64,000 bases of DNA. It comes from an uncultured Gemmatimonadales bacterium (GTDB taxonomy: Bacteria > Gemmatimonadota > Gemmatimonadetes > Gemmatimonadales > Gemmatimonadaceae). Location of the stretch: contig OY969695.1 in NCBI GenBank assembly GCA_963701965.1, forward strand, positions 3,456,001 to 3,520,000, given 5' to 3'. This document shows, piece after piece, positions 1 to 8,854 of this stretch. The position numbers were made by a program, and so were the translations under genes. Position 1 is the first letter of the stretch. Each line of letters opens with the position of its first letter. The notes below the pieces were generated by a model, which was given only the letters and a program-made list of their open reading frames with translations, had not been told where the DNA came from and made no database searches.

Positions 1-925
1 ACGCAGAACCTCGCCGGATACGTGCAGGAAGGGTTACGCCTCACGGACAAGACTGACCGTGACCCCGGGCGTGCGCGGCGAATGGCTCCAGAGCAACATC
101 CACGGATTCACCGCAAATGACGGCGCCATCCCGTTCGACCAACGCGCCCAGACGTTCGCCATCGGCTCCCTTGGCGTCGAGTACGCCGCGAGCCCAGCGC
201 TTACGCTCTACGGCAACATCACGCAAGCCTATCGTCCCATCACCTATGACAACCTGATCCCGTTCGGCACGGCGAACACGGCGATCATCGATCCCCATCT
301 GCACCGTTCGACGGGCTACACGTCGGATGTCGGGGTGCGCGGGCGCGCCGGCCCGCTCACCGGCGACGTCGACGCATTCTATCTCTGGTACGGCGACCGC
401 ATCGGTACCGTCGCCATCAACGATTCGGTTGTGGAGACGACCAACGTCGCCGATAGCCGGCACTATGGGATCGAGGCGTCGCTCGATCTCGCCATCTACG
501 AGAAGGACAACTGGCACGTCTCCCTCTTCGACTCCTTCTCCTGGGTCGACGCCCACTACGTGAATGGCCAGTTCAAGGGCAACGTCGTCGAGTACGCCCC
601 ACCGATCACCAACCGCGTGGGCCCGACGGTCGGATATGGACCGTTCGCGACGACCCTCACCTTCAGCTATACCGCGAAGCAATACGGCGACGCGAGCAAC
701 GCCCTGTCCGATCCGAACGACCCGAGCGTTGGCGTCATACCGGCTTACCGGGTCTGGGATTGGGCCGGGCACCTGGATGTGGGGTCCCGCTACCAGATTC
801 AGTTCGGAATCGACAACTTGTTGAACGCGTACTATTTCACGTTCCGCGCCATCGAATATCCCGGACCGGGCATCATTCCAGCCAACGGCCGCACTGCGTA
901 CGCGGGAGTCGTCGCCAAATTCTGA
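1..925 (+). CDS. TonB-dependent receptor, C-terminal part (5' truncated by window edge; apparent +1 frameshift near nt 49-52)
   Basis: Frame 1 reads TQNLAGYVQEGLRLTDK and continues in frame 2 as LTVTPGVRGEWL. Beta-barrel strands, a typical QFGIDNLLNAYY...GRTAYAGVVAKF tail and a terminal Phe. Confidence 0.85.
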   Translation, partial: RRTSPDTCRKGYASRTRLTVTPGVRGEWLQSNIHGFTANDGAIPFDQRAQTFAIGSLGVEYAASPALTLYGNITQAYRPITYDNLIPFGTANTAIIDPHLHRSTGYTSDVGVRGRAGPLTGDVDAFYLWYGDRIGTVAINDSVVETTNVADSRHYGIEASLDLAIYEKDNWHVSLFDSFSWVDAHYVNGQFKGNVVEYAPPITNRVGPTVGYGPFATTLTFSYTAKQYGDASNALSDPNDPSVGVIPAYRVWDWAGHLDVGSRYQIQFGIDNLLNAYYFTFRAIEYPGPGIIPANGRTAYAGVVAKF

Positions 926-1494
926 CCTTTGACTGGCTGTTCGAGACGTGGTATCCGCGACTGGTGGCCGCCCTGCGGCCACTCGTCGGCACCGCGGACG
1001 AGGCGGAGGACGTGGCCCAGGACGCGTTCATTCGGCTGCTCGATCGGGAGGAACCTCGTAACCCGCGCGCCTGGCTCTTGACCGTCGCGCGGCGGCTGGC
1101 GTCGGACCACCGGCGCGCGGCGTTCCGCCGGCGACGCCTCGAGGTCGCGCCGGACGACGCGCCCGGCGCGCCAGCGATGGACGAGCGGTTGGTCAGAGCC
1201 GAGCAGATCGCCTCGGTCCGCGCGGTCCTCGGCACCCTGTCCGAACGCGATCAACGACTTCTGCTGTGGCACCACGACGGCCTGCCCTATCGCCGGATCG
1301 CCGAGCGACTCGGCGTGGCCCCCTCCTCGGTCGGCGCCTTGCTCACGCGGGCCCACCGGAGGTTTCTGCGAGCCTACGAACGCACTGAAACCATTGAGGA
1401 CGCGCGCGCCGGCAGTCACATTGGGTCGTGCCACGACTCGGAATCATCAGCGTCCTCGCGGTCGCCGTCCTTGCCATCGCGCCGGCGCGGCTGA
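922..1494 (+). CDS. ECF (sigma-70 family) RNA polymerase sigma factor
   Basis: Region 2 motifs DEAEDVAQDAFIRL and PRAWLLTVARR; region 4 motif LSERDQRLLLWHHDGLPYRRIAERLGV. Start is uncertain: a CTG at 922 overlaps the upstream TGA. Confidence 0.8.
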   Translation: MTFDWLFETWYPRLVAALRPLVGTADEAEDVAQDAFIRLLDREEPRNPRAWLLTVARRLASDHRRAAFRRRRLEVAPDDAPGAPAMDERLVRAEQIASVRAVLGTLSERDQRLLLWHHDGLPYRRIAERLGVAPSSVGALLTRAHRRFLRAYERTETIEDARAGSHIGSCHDSESSASSRSPSLPSRRRG

Positions 1495-3050
1495 CGGCCC
1501 AGGGATCGGAAGACGTCCCGCTGGGCGACAATGCGTACGTCTATCTCGACGCGTTGTTGAATCGCGGCGCTCTGCGCTCGCTGTCCGCCCTCGAACGGCC
1601 GTACAACGTCGCCCAGATCGCGGCCGCGCTCACGAAGCAGATGCCGGCCAATCCCTCGCCCGTCATCAAGAGCTATGAGCGCGCGTTGCGGCGCGCGCTG
1701 GTCAAGTACAATGTGGGCGGTCTGCTCTCGGGGGCACCGCGCAAGCCCGGGTTGCACTACCAGCTCGGCGGCGACGTGTATGGCACCGCGCAGAGCACGT
1801 CGATCCGCGAGATGATGCGCGCCAACGACGTGCGCGGCATCTATGCCGGCGGCGGCATCCAAGGCGCGGTCCAAGTGGGCCCGGTGACGGCGGTCGTCCA
1901 TCCCATCTGGGACGGACGGCTCAACGCCGATCCGGAATACTCGAAGCTGACCCAATCTCGGGCCGACCCCGTGCGCCTCCAGGAGGGGTACGTCGACGCC
2001 CGCTGGAAATACGGGGAGATCTTCGTCGGGCGCGAGGGCCGGAACTCGGGCCCCTCCGACTACGACGGCCTGCTGCTCGGCAACTACGCGTACTCCTACG
2101 ACCATATCTACGGTCAAGTCGGCGTCCCGCAGATTCACTTGCAGTGGCTCGTCACGCGCCTCAACGACGAGCAGTTCGGCGACACGATCGAGCAACGCTA
2201 TTTCTCCTGGCACCGCATCGCGTCCCACATTGGCCCCGTCGAAGTCGCGGGCGAAGAATCGATCGTCTACGGTCGTCCCGGCCAGTCGTTCGTGCTCAAT
2301 TACGTGAATCCGGTCGCAATGTACTACTTCACCGAGATCAACGAAGAGCAGGGAGGCACGAACGCCAACAAAATGATCGGCATGCAAGCCGCCTGGCGTT
2401 CGCCGGTCGGCACGTTCAGCGGCGAGTTCTATCTCAATGACGTGCAGGCATTCAGCGATTGCACGCCAGCCGTCCTGTGCGAGAAGCCGTTCAGTGGGGG
2501 ATGGACCGTCACGGCCAATGGCATTCCGCTGGTCGGCGATCAGCGCCTGTTCGCGTCATACACCCGGCTCCAGAACCTCTCCTACCGGACCTTCGAGCAG
2601 AAGTGGACGGACTACACGTCGTACGACGTGAGCCTCGGCCGCGGCTACGCCGACTATGACGAGTACCGTCTGGGGCTCGATCTGGCCGCCGTTCCCGCCG
2701 TGCCGCTCAAGATCTACGCCGCCTACAGCCGGCAAGGACAGGGCGACTATCGCATCCCGTTCCCGCCGCCCGACTCATTTCCGGTGACGACCGGTTTCTT
2801 AAGCGGCGTGGTGAGCCACGTCTATCGGGGCGCGGTGTCCGGCGCCCTCTCTTTACCGTGGATCGACGTGAGCGGCGACATCGGCATCAATCACGTGAGC
2901 AACTGGCAGCACCTGCCCGGCGTCGATCACACGCATTTCGCCGGCAGCGTGAAATTCGCGCTCACCTGGCGCCGCATCTTCGGCGGCACCTTCGAGCCGC
3001 CGCCCGATGTCAGCGAGCGAGACGTGAGCGGCGCAAGGTCTGATCAATGA
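1428..3050 (+). CDS. Outer-membrane beta-barrel protein, Wzi (capsule assembly)-like
   Basis: Signal peptide ending LTA-Q; N-terminal AYVYLDALLNRG...ERPY pattern; EGYVDARW...VGREGRNSGP...GLLLG and SWHR motifs resemble the Wzi family. Confidence 0.55.
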   Translation: MPRLGIISVLAVAVLAIAPARLTAQGSEDVPLGDNAYVYLDALLNRGALRSLSALERPYNVAQIAAALTKQMPANPSPVIKSYERALRRALVKYNVGGLLSGAPRKPGLHYQLGGDVYGTAQSTSIREMMRANDVRGIYAGGGIQGAVQVGPVTAVVHPIWDGRLNADPEYSKLTQSRADPVRLQEGYVDARWKYGEIFVGREGRNSGPSDYDGLLLGNYAYSYDHIYGQVGVPQIHLQWLVTRLNDEQFGDTIEQRYFSWHRIASHIGPVEVAGEESIVYGRPGQSFVLNYVNPVAMYYFTEINEEQGGTNANKMIGMQAAWRSPVGTFSGEFYLNDVQAFSDCTPAVLCEKPFSGGWTVTANGIPLVGDQRLFASYTRLQNLSYRTFEQKWTDYTSYDVSLGRGYADYDEYRLGLDLAAVPAVPLKIYAAYSRQGQGDYRIPFPPPDSFPVTTGFLSGVVSHVYRGAVSGALSLPWIDVSGDIGINHVSNWQHLPGVDHTHFAGSVKFALTWRRIFGGTFEPPPDVSERDVSGARSDQ

Positions 3051-3696
3051 CCGATTGCCGGCGCTCGACGTCCACCGTCGACGCGTCCGGGTTGTAGGCC
3101 CGCGGATCGCGCGGCGCCGCCAACGCGGCGGGCAGGGGGGCCGACGTGCCATCATTGAACAAGTCGGCCAGGGCCTTGATCTCCTGCTCCAGGTCGACCA
3201 ACGACGCCGTCACGCCGGCGAGTTGCTGGGCGATGATGTCCTGAAACTGGAGATGGGTGTACAGGTGGTTCACCTCATCGCGCATCGCGTCGAAGCCCGC
3301 ATCCGGTGCGCCCGACCGCTGCTGCAATCCGTCGATGATCTCGAGGGTCCGATCGAGTCCGTTCAGCATCGCCAGCGTCGCCGATTCAGTCGCCTTGTTG
3401 ACCTCATCCAGCCGCGCGTGCGTCGAGGACATCCGCTCGGGCTGCGGGGCGTGCAACAGGTCCCGGGCCCGGCGAATACGGGCCAACGCTTCGCCGACCT
3501 GGGAGCGAATGCGCGGCATGAGCGACGGCAGGCTTTGGTCCGGCGACTGCTTGGTGAGCGTGCGCAGCAGGACATGGATGCGATGCGCGGCCTCGAGACT
3601 GGGCTCGGACTGACCCGACGTCACCAGTAACTGATGCAGCAGACCGAGCGTCAGCTCCAGTCCGCTCGGCGCGGCCTCCGGTGTCCCGATGGTCAT
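3010..3696 (-). CDS. cheZ: CheZ-like chemotaxis phosphatase
   Basis: ATG at 3696 overlaps the cheY stop. Motifs LDEVNKATESAT and LQFQDIIAQQL (DxxxQ catalytic motif); C-terminal QSVIDQ CheY-binding-type peptide. Confidence 0.8.
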   Translation of the reverse strand: MTIGTPEAAPSGLELTLGLLHQLLVTSGQSEPSLEAAHRIHVLLRTLTKQSPDQSLPSLMPRIRSQVGEALARIRRARDLLHAPQPERMSSTHARLDEVNKATESATLAMLNGLDRTLEIIDGLQQRSGAPDAGFDAMRDEVNHLYTHLQFQDIIAQQLAGVTASLVDLEQEIKALADLFNDGTSAPLPAALAAPRDPRAYNPDASTVDVERRQSVIDQTLRRSRLAR

Positions 3697-4061
3697 GGGA
3701 CGCTTGCGCACACCTCGTCGATCTTCGCCTTCAAGACTTCCGGTGTGAACGGCTTCAGGATATAGCTGTTGACGCCGGCTTCGGCGGCCTGGACAATGTC
3801 GTCCTTCACACTGCGCGTCGTCACCATGAGGATCGGCAGCTTGGCCGTCGCCGCGTTGGCGCGCAGGGCTTTGACCAGATCGAGGCCGCCCATGTTGGGC
3901 ATGTTCCAGTCCGTGATCACGAGCCCCACCGACTGGTCGCACTTGGCCAACGCTTCGCGCCCGTCACCAGCCTCGATCACGTCGGAGAACCCGACCGTCT
4001 TGAGCGCGTTGACCAGAATGCGCCGCATGGTGGCCGAGTCATCGACACACAAACATTTCAT
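3693..4061 (-). CDS. cheY: Chemotaxis response regulator CheY
   Basis: Stand-alone 122-aa receiver: VDDSATMRRI, DWNMPNMGG, MVTT, YILKPFT. Confidence 0.92.
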   Translation of the reverse strand: MKCLCVDDSATMRRILVNALKTVGFSDVIEAGDGREALAKCDQSVGLVITDWNMPNMGGLDLVKALRANAATAKLPILMVTTRSVKDDIVQAAEAGVNSYILKPFTPEVLKAKIDEVCASVP

Positions 4062-4372
4062 AGATCGCTGGCAACTCGATTCGCAATGGTGTCCTGTACC
4101 GAGGCCTGATCGTAGTGCCCGCTGGAGAGTCGTCCGGCGATCGTCGACAGGCGCTCGGCCGATAGCGTGCCCGAGGGCGGCCGCTCTTCGCCGACGGCCG
4201 CCTGCTCGCTCAAGCGCATCGAGTCGGCGGACAACTGCACACTGTCGCCGGGACCGCCGTCCGGCCTCGGCGTCTCGCCACTCGAACGGGCGTTCGCGTT
4301 GCCGTCGACCGACTTGGCGTCCGTCTGCTGCTGAACGCTGTTCGGGTTGACGTGCAAAGGATTAACCGGCAT
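4058..4372 (-). CDS. flgM: Anti-sigma28 factor FlgM
   Basis: 104 aa; DSVQLS motif and C-terminal ERLSTIAGRLSSGHY...IANRV; lies downstream of a sigma28 promoter. Confidence 0.7.
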   Translation of the reverse strand: MPVNPLHVNPNSVQQQTDAKSVDGNANARSSGETPRPDGGPGDSVQLSADSMRLSEQAAVGEERPPSGTLSAERLSTIAGRLSSGHYDQASVQDTIANRVASDL

Positions 4373-4556
4373 GGTCGGTCTCTTCGGCTTCGAGGGCTTC
4401 GCTCAGGGCGCGGGCGGCTTCCGACAGCTCCAATTGATCCTCGTCGGACTGAGGGCGCCGCGGCGCGGGACGGCGCGGTTTCCGGCCGTCCTTGCCGCCG
4501 CCGTATCCGGCTGCAGGCTGAATCCCCGTTGGCCCATCAAGTGGCGAGATTGGCAT
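4362..4556 (-). CDS. Small hypothetical protein (64 aa) resembling the N-terminal half of FlgM
   Basis: Strong GGGGAGG RBS, first gene after a sigma28 promoter, DQLELSEAARAL motif. Confidence 0.6.
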   Translation of the reverse strand: MPISPLDGPTGIQPAAGYGGGKDGRKPRRPAPRRPQSDEDQLELSEAARALSEALEAEETDHAG

Positions 4557-4576
4557 CAGTGCCTCCCCTGCGTACA

Positions 4577-4604
4577 GTATCGGCAGCGGGCGCCGGAACT
4601 TGAG
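4577..4604 (-). promoter_or_regulatory. sigma28 promoter for orf64-flgM-cheY-cheZ
   Basis: CTCAAG-N14-GCCGATAC on the minus strand. Confidence 0.8.
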
Positions 4605-4617
4605 CCCGCGGATGCCG

Positions 4618-5013
4618 CTACGACGCCACCGCCACCGGGACCGGCGACTCGCTCAACCCCATGGCAATCTGGCGGTTAATGTCGATCAACGGCTGCAGCG
4701 CGGCGGCCGAAGGTTTCGCGAAGACCTCGAGGGTCCGGCGATTGATGAAGCGGGTCAGCAGGATCACGTTGATCCGAACCTGCTTCGGCAGCGGGCAATC
4801 GGCCTCCTCGGCCGACGCCTGAAACACGGCCCAGAGGCGCGTGTTGTATTTGAGCGCGGCATCCAACTGGGCCGCGCGATCCGGCGCATCCCAAGCGCGC
4901 ACGACGGCCTCGATTTGTCGTGCGGACCGGAACAGCAAGAAGGCTTCCAGTTCGCGCGGGGAAGTGGCGGTGCGCTGCGCGGCGCGGTATGCGTCAGAGG
5001 CAGTCGTGGGCAT
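4618..5013 (-). CDS. flaF: Flagellin regulator/chaperone FlaF
   Basis: AYRAAQ...SPRELEA, ALKYNTRLW, PLPKQVR and LIDINRQIAMGL motifs; adjacent to flbT. Confidence 0.88.
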   Translation of the reverse strand: MPTTASDAYRAAQRTATSPRELEAFLLFRSARQIEAVVRAWDAPDRAAQLDAALKYNTRLWAVFQASAEEADCPLPKQVRINVILLTRFINRRTLEVFAKPSAAALQPLIDINRQIAMGLSESPVPVAVAS

Positions 5014-5392
5014 GGGCGAGAAGCTCGTGTTCGTAGTTGAGCAGCTCACGCGCCGTTTTGAGCGCGTGGTAGAAGCGGCCTTTGGACAAATCTTCGTTCA
5101 TTCGGGCGATGAACTTGAGCGTGCTGGGTGCGGCCTTGATGACGTCTTGCGACAGCTTGACGTAGATCTCCTGCTGTTGCGCGCGATTCCGCGGCTCGAC
5201 GTACATGAGCTGAATCGCCAGGTAGATCATCCCGCACGGGCTCGTCGCCGTCCGCGGCGTCAGGATGTCGCGCTCGCGGAGAATCGGCACCGTGTTTTCG
5301 ATGATCAACTCGGTGCGGGCGTTGCCGTTGCGGACCACGGCGCCGCCGAGGATCAGTCGTTCATTCGGTTTCAATACGAGTCGAAGCGCCAT
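4994..5392 (-). CDS. flbT: Flagellin mRNA-binding regulator FlbT
   Basis: MALRLVLKPNERLILGGAVVRNG, PILRERDIL, IYLAIQLMY, FYHALKTARELLNYE. Confidence 0.92.
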   Translation of the reverse strand: MALRLVLKPNERLILGGAVVRNGNARTELIIENTVPILRERDILTPRTATSPCGMIYLAIQLMYVEPRNRAQQQEIYVKLSQDVIKAAPSTLKFIARMNEDLSKGRFYHALKTARELLNYEHELLAHAHDCL

Positions 5393-5406
5393 AGATCGTT
5401 CTCTCG

Positions 5407-5435
5407 GTATCGGCAGGGGACAGCCACAACGTGAG
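5407..5435 (-). promoter_or_regulatory. sigma28 promoter for flbT-flaF
   Basis: CTCACG-N15-GCCGATAC, 14 nt before the flbT ATG. Confidence 0.7.
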
Positions 5436-5440
5436 CCCCC

Positions 5441-5475
5441 CGGCAACTTTGGCCGGGTACGGCAGTTTCTGCGCG
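5441..5475 (+). promoter_or_regulatory. Paired ftr-like enhancer boxes (sigma54 activator sites)
   Basis: CGGCAACTTTGGCCG and CGGCAGTTTCTGCGCG, 112 and 93 bp upstream of the -24 GG. Confidence 0.55.
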
Positions 5476-5550
5476 TTTCTTTTCTCATACCGGAACGGGA
5501 CGACGTCAGGTAAGTCGTGATGTGAAAACAATATACGCGTGTAGTCCAGG

Positions 5551-5567
5551 TTGGCACAGGAGATGCT
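5551..5567 (+). promoter_or_regulatory. sigma54 promoter for the glycosylation operon
   Basis: TTGGCACAGGAGATGCT (GG-N10-GC) with an AT-rich upstream tract. Confidence 0.8.
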
Positions 5568-5597
5568 TTCCGGCGAACCCAACCATCCGCGTATCGA

Positions 5598-7814
5598 ATG
5601 ACCGCTCCCGCCCGACTTGGCCAAAATGACCTGCAAGAGGTGCTCATGTTCGCCCTCGCCCGGCACCGCGCCGGCGACATGGGTGAGGCCGAACGCATCT
5701 ATCGGCGCGTACTGGACATCGATCCGGATCAACCCGACGCGCTGCACCTCCTCGGACTGATTACGCTCGATCGCGATACGGCGGAAGCGGTCGCTCTCCT
5801 GACCCGAGCCGCCGAAGCGGCGCCGACCGTCGCGGCGATCCAGAATGCGCTCGGTACCGCCCAGCGGGCGGCCGGCGCCCTCAATGCCGCGATCGCCAGC
5901 TACACCAACGCGACGCGTCTCGACGAACGTCCCGAGTTCTTGACCAACCTCGCCGCGGCGTTGCTCGAAGCCGGCGACCTGGCCGCGGCCGAAGCCGCGG
6001 CAATGCGCGCGAGTGACCTGGCGCCCCAGTTCCTCGACGCGGCGTTCGTCCTCGGCAACGTCTCTCGCGCCCGCGGCGAACATACGCTCGCCGAGCGGTG
6101 GTACACGCGCGCCACGGCCTCCGATCACCTCAAACGCCCGGCGCTCCTCAATCTGGGCAACACCCGCCGCGCACTCGGCCGGCTGGACGAGGCGATCGCC
6201 ACGTACCAAGAGTTGCTGGCGCTGGGCGCCAGCGAGATGGATGCCACGGCGCGGTTCGCCCTCGGCACCACACTGCGCGATGCGGGCCGCGACACCGACG
6301 CCATGGAATGCTTGCGCGCGCTCGTGTTGCACTGCCCCACGCATCGGGATGGTTGGTTTCATCTCGGTGTCCTGGTGCACCAGTCGGGCGCGGCGCCCGT
6401 CGCGATCGAAGCGTATACCCGCGCCGAACGTTGCGGACTGGATACCGCGGCCCTGCATACGAACCTCGGACTGGCACTGTCGCAGCTCGGACGACTCGGC
6501 GAAGCCGTGGACCATCAGCGCCGCGCGGTGGCGCTCGAGGCCACCGCCGCCGATCTCCGCATCAACCTGGCGACGACGTTGCACCAGGCCGGGGCCCTCA
6601 ATGAGGCGGCGGCGGCCTGCAATGCCGCCATCGCGATCGACCCGCACCGCGCCGCGTCGCATTCGGTCCTCGGCGCTGTCCGCATGCAGCAGGGGCGCCG
6701 CGACGCCGCGTTCGCGGCGCACGCGCGCGCGCTGACGCTCGATCCGCGGTCGGCGACGGTGCTCAACGAATACGCGCACGCGCTCATCGACGACAATGAC
6801 GTCCCCGGCGCGCTGGAGCTGTACCGACGCGCGCTGGACGCCGCGCCGGACATGCCCGAGCTGCATTTTCACCGGGCGCTCGCCTTGCTCTCGGCCGGGG
6901 ACCTCCTCGCGGGTTGGGACGAGTATGCCTGGCGCTGGCGCCTGCCCAAGATGTCGTTGCAATGGCGCATTCCGCGCCCGCTGTGGCAGGGCGAGCCGCT
7001 CGACGGCCGCACGCTCCTGGTGTGGCGCGAGCAGGGGATCGGCGATGAGCTGATGTTCGCCAGCTGCCTGCCCGATCTGGCTGAAGCGGGCGGGCGACTC
7101 ATTATCGCCTGCGCGCCGAAGCTCCGATCGCTCTTCGCGCGATCATTTCCGCGGGCGACCCTCATCGATGAGCGGGCCCTCGCCGCGCCGGCAGCGCTGG
7201 CGGCCGACGTGCACGCCCCTATCGGCGATCTGCCCCGCTGGCTTCGACCGACCGTGGGTGACTTCCCACAACGGCGCGGGTTCCTGAGCGCCGATCCCGA
7301 TCGGGTCGCCGTGTGGAAGCAGCGGCTGGCGGCGCTCGGTCCGGGACCGGCGATCGGGATCTGCTGGCGCAGCGGCCTGCTCACGCCGTCGCGCCGGGCG
7401 GGTTACGCCGCGCTCTCCGAGTGGGCACCCGTGCTGCGCGTGCCCGGCGTCAAGTTCGTGAGCCTGCAATACGACGACTGCGGACCCGAGATCGCCGCGG
7501 CGGCGCACGAGCTCGGGGTCACGGTGCACCAACCCGACATCGATCTCTTGAACGACATGGACGAGGCGGCCGCGTTGACAGCGGCCCTCGACCGCGTCAT
7601 CTCGGCGCCCACCGCGGTCAGCGAGTTGGCGGGCGCGCTGGGCGTTCCCACGTGGCGGGTCACCGCCGGTCGGGATTGGACGATGCTCGGCACCCCGGGC
7701 CGTCCCTGGTTCCCCACCATGCAAATGTTCTCGCGCGCGCCCGGAGAGTCCTGGCGCAATGTGTTCACCCGTGTCGCCGCCGGCCTGGCGACACATCCGG
7801 AGAATGGCTCGTGA
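5598..7814 (+). CDS. TPR-repeat plus GT-B glycosyltransferase (candidate flagellin glycosyltransferase)
   Basis: Many TPR repeats, then WQGEPLDGRTLLVWREQGIGDELMFA, GICWRSG, VSLQY and LAGALGVP. Confidence 0.75.
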   Translation: MTAPARLGQNDLQEVLMFALARHRAGDMGEAERIYRRVLDIDPDQPDALHLLGLITLDRDTAEAVALLTRAAEAAPTVAAIQNALGTAQRAAGALNAAIASYTNATRLDERPEFLTNLAAALLEAGDLAAAEAAAMRASDLAPQFLDAAFVLGNVSRARGEHTLAERWYTRATASDHLKRPALLNLGNTRRALGRLDEAIATYQELLALGASEMDATARFALGTTLRDAGRDTDAMECLRALVLHCPTHRDGWFHLGVLVHQSGAAPVAIEAYTRAERCGLDTAALHTNLGLALSQLGRLGEAVDHQRRAVALEATAADLRINLATTLHQAGALNEAAAACNAAIAIDPHRAASHSVLGAVRMQQGRRDAAFAAHARALTLDPRSATVLNEYAHALIDDNDVPGALELYRRALDAAPDMPELHFHRALALLSAGDLLAGWDEYAWRWRLPKMSLQWRIPRPLWQGEPLDGRTLLVWREQGIGDELMFASCLPDLAEAGGRLIIACAPKLRSLFARSFPRATLIDERALAAPAALAADVHAPIGDLPRWLRPTVGDFPQRRGFLSADPDRVAVWKQRLAALGPGPAIGICWRSGLLTPSRRAGYAALSEWAPVLRVPGVKFVSLQYDDCGPEIAAAAHELGVTVHQPDIDLLNDMDEAAALTAALDRVISAPTAVSELAGALGVPTWRVTAGRDWTMLGTPGRPWFPTMQMFSRAPGESWRNVFTRVAAGLATHPENGS

Positions 7815-8854
7815 TAAATGTCGAGAGCCTCGACTGCGCAGTCGAGGGTGCCCCCACGATCGAACGGCGCACCGGATACCTGTTGACGGACAAGACGGTG
7901 CTGATCACCGGTGGCACGGGATCCTTCGGCCGGGCGTTTGTGCAGACGCTCCTCGACGAGCACTTGCCGCGTCGCGTCATCATCTACAGCCGCGACGAGC
8001 TCAAACAGTCGGAGATGCAGGAGCAGCAGAAAGATCCGCGACTGCGGTTCTTCATCGGGGATGTCCGCGACTTGGAACGGCTCCGTCGCGCCTGCCGTGG
8101 GGTGAACGTGATCGTCCACGCCGCGGCCCTCAAACAGGTGCCCGCGGCCGAGTACAACCCGTTCGAGTGCATTCGCACGAACATCTTGGGCGCCCAGAAC
8201 GTCATCGAGGCCGCGCTGGACAACGGGGTGGAGCGCGTCCTCGCGCTGAGCACGGACAAGGCGGCGAACCCGATCAACTTGTACGGTGCCACCAAGCTCT
8301 GCTCCGACAAACTGTTCATTGCCGGCAACGCGTACTCCGGCGGCCGCGAGATCCGCCTCTCCGTCGTGCGCTATGGGAACGTCGTCGGAAGCCGGGGCTC
8401 GGTCGTGCCGTATTTCCGCGGACTCCGCGAGACCGGCGTGCTGCCGATCACCGATCCGCGCATGACGCGGTTCCTCATCACGCTCGAACAGGGCGTGCGA
8501 TTCGTGATCGCGTGCATTCGCCGGACCTGGGGCGGGGAGCTGTTCGTGCCCAAGATCCCGTCGGCCGACATCGTGAGCCTGGCGGAGGCGATTGCGCCCG
8601 GCGCCGAGTTGCGCACCGTGGGCATCCGGCCCGGGGAGAAGTTGCACGAGATGATGATCAGCGAAGACGATGCGCGGCGTTGCGTCGACATGGGCGACCA
8701 CTATGTCCTCCAGCCGCAGTTCCCCTGGTGGCCAGAGCGGCGGCTGGCGGGTGCGACGGTGCCCGAAGGGTTCGCCTACCGGAGCGACACCAACCCGCAC
8801 CGGCTCTCCGTCGAAGAGATCCGGACAATGCTGGCCAAGCTGAATCTCCTGTGA
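7811..8854 (+). CDS. pseB: UDP-GlcNAc 4,6-dehydratase (inverting)
   Basis: ITGGTGSFG, SRDELKQ, HAAALKQVPAAEYNPFE, STDKAANPINLYGATK, RYGNV, GIRPGEKLHE. Confidence 0.93.
   Translation: MINVESLDCAVEGAPTIERRTGYLLTDKTVLITGGTGSFGRAFVQTLLDEHLPRRVIIYSRDELKQSEMQEQQKDPRLRFFIGDVRDLERLRRACRGVNVIVHAAALKQVPAAEYNPFECIRTNILGAQNVIEAALDNGVERVLALSTDKAANPINLYGATKLCSDKLFIAGNAYSGGREIRLSVVRYGNVVGSRGSVVPYFRGLRETGVLPITDPRMTRFLITLEQGVRFVIACIRRTWGGELFVPKIPSADIVSLAEAIAPGAELRTVGIRPGEKLHEMMISEDDARRCVDMGDHYVLQPQFPWWPERRLAGATVPEGFAYRSDTNPHRLSVEEIRTMLAKLNLL

Noticed and set aside
7759..8850. Apparent 750-aa fusion ending in PseC, and similar upstream extensions on pseB, pseG, cheZ and the HD-GYP gene
   Set aside because: The extensions are off-frame readings of the preceding gene; overlapping start/stop junctions define the true starts.
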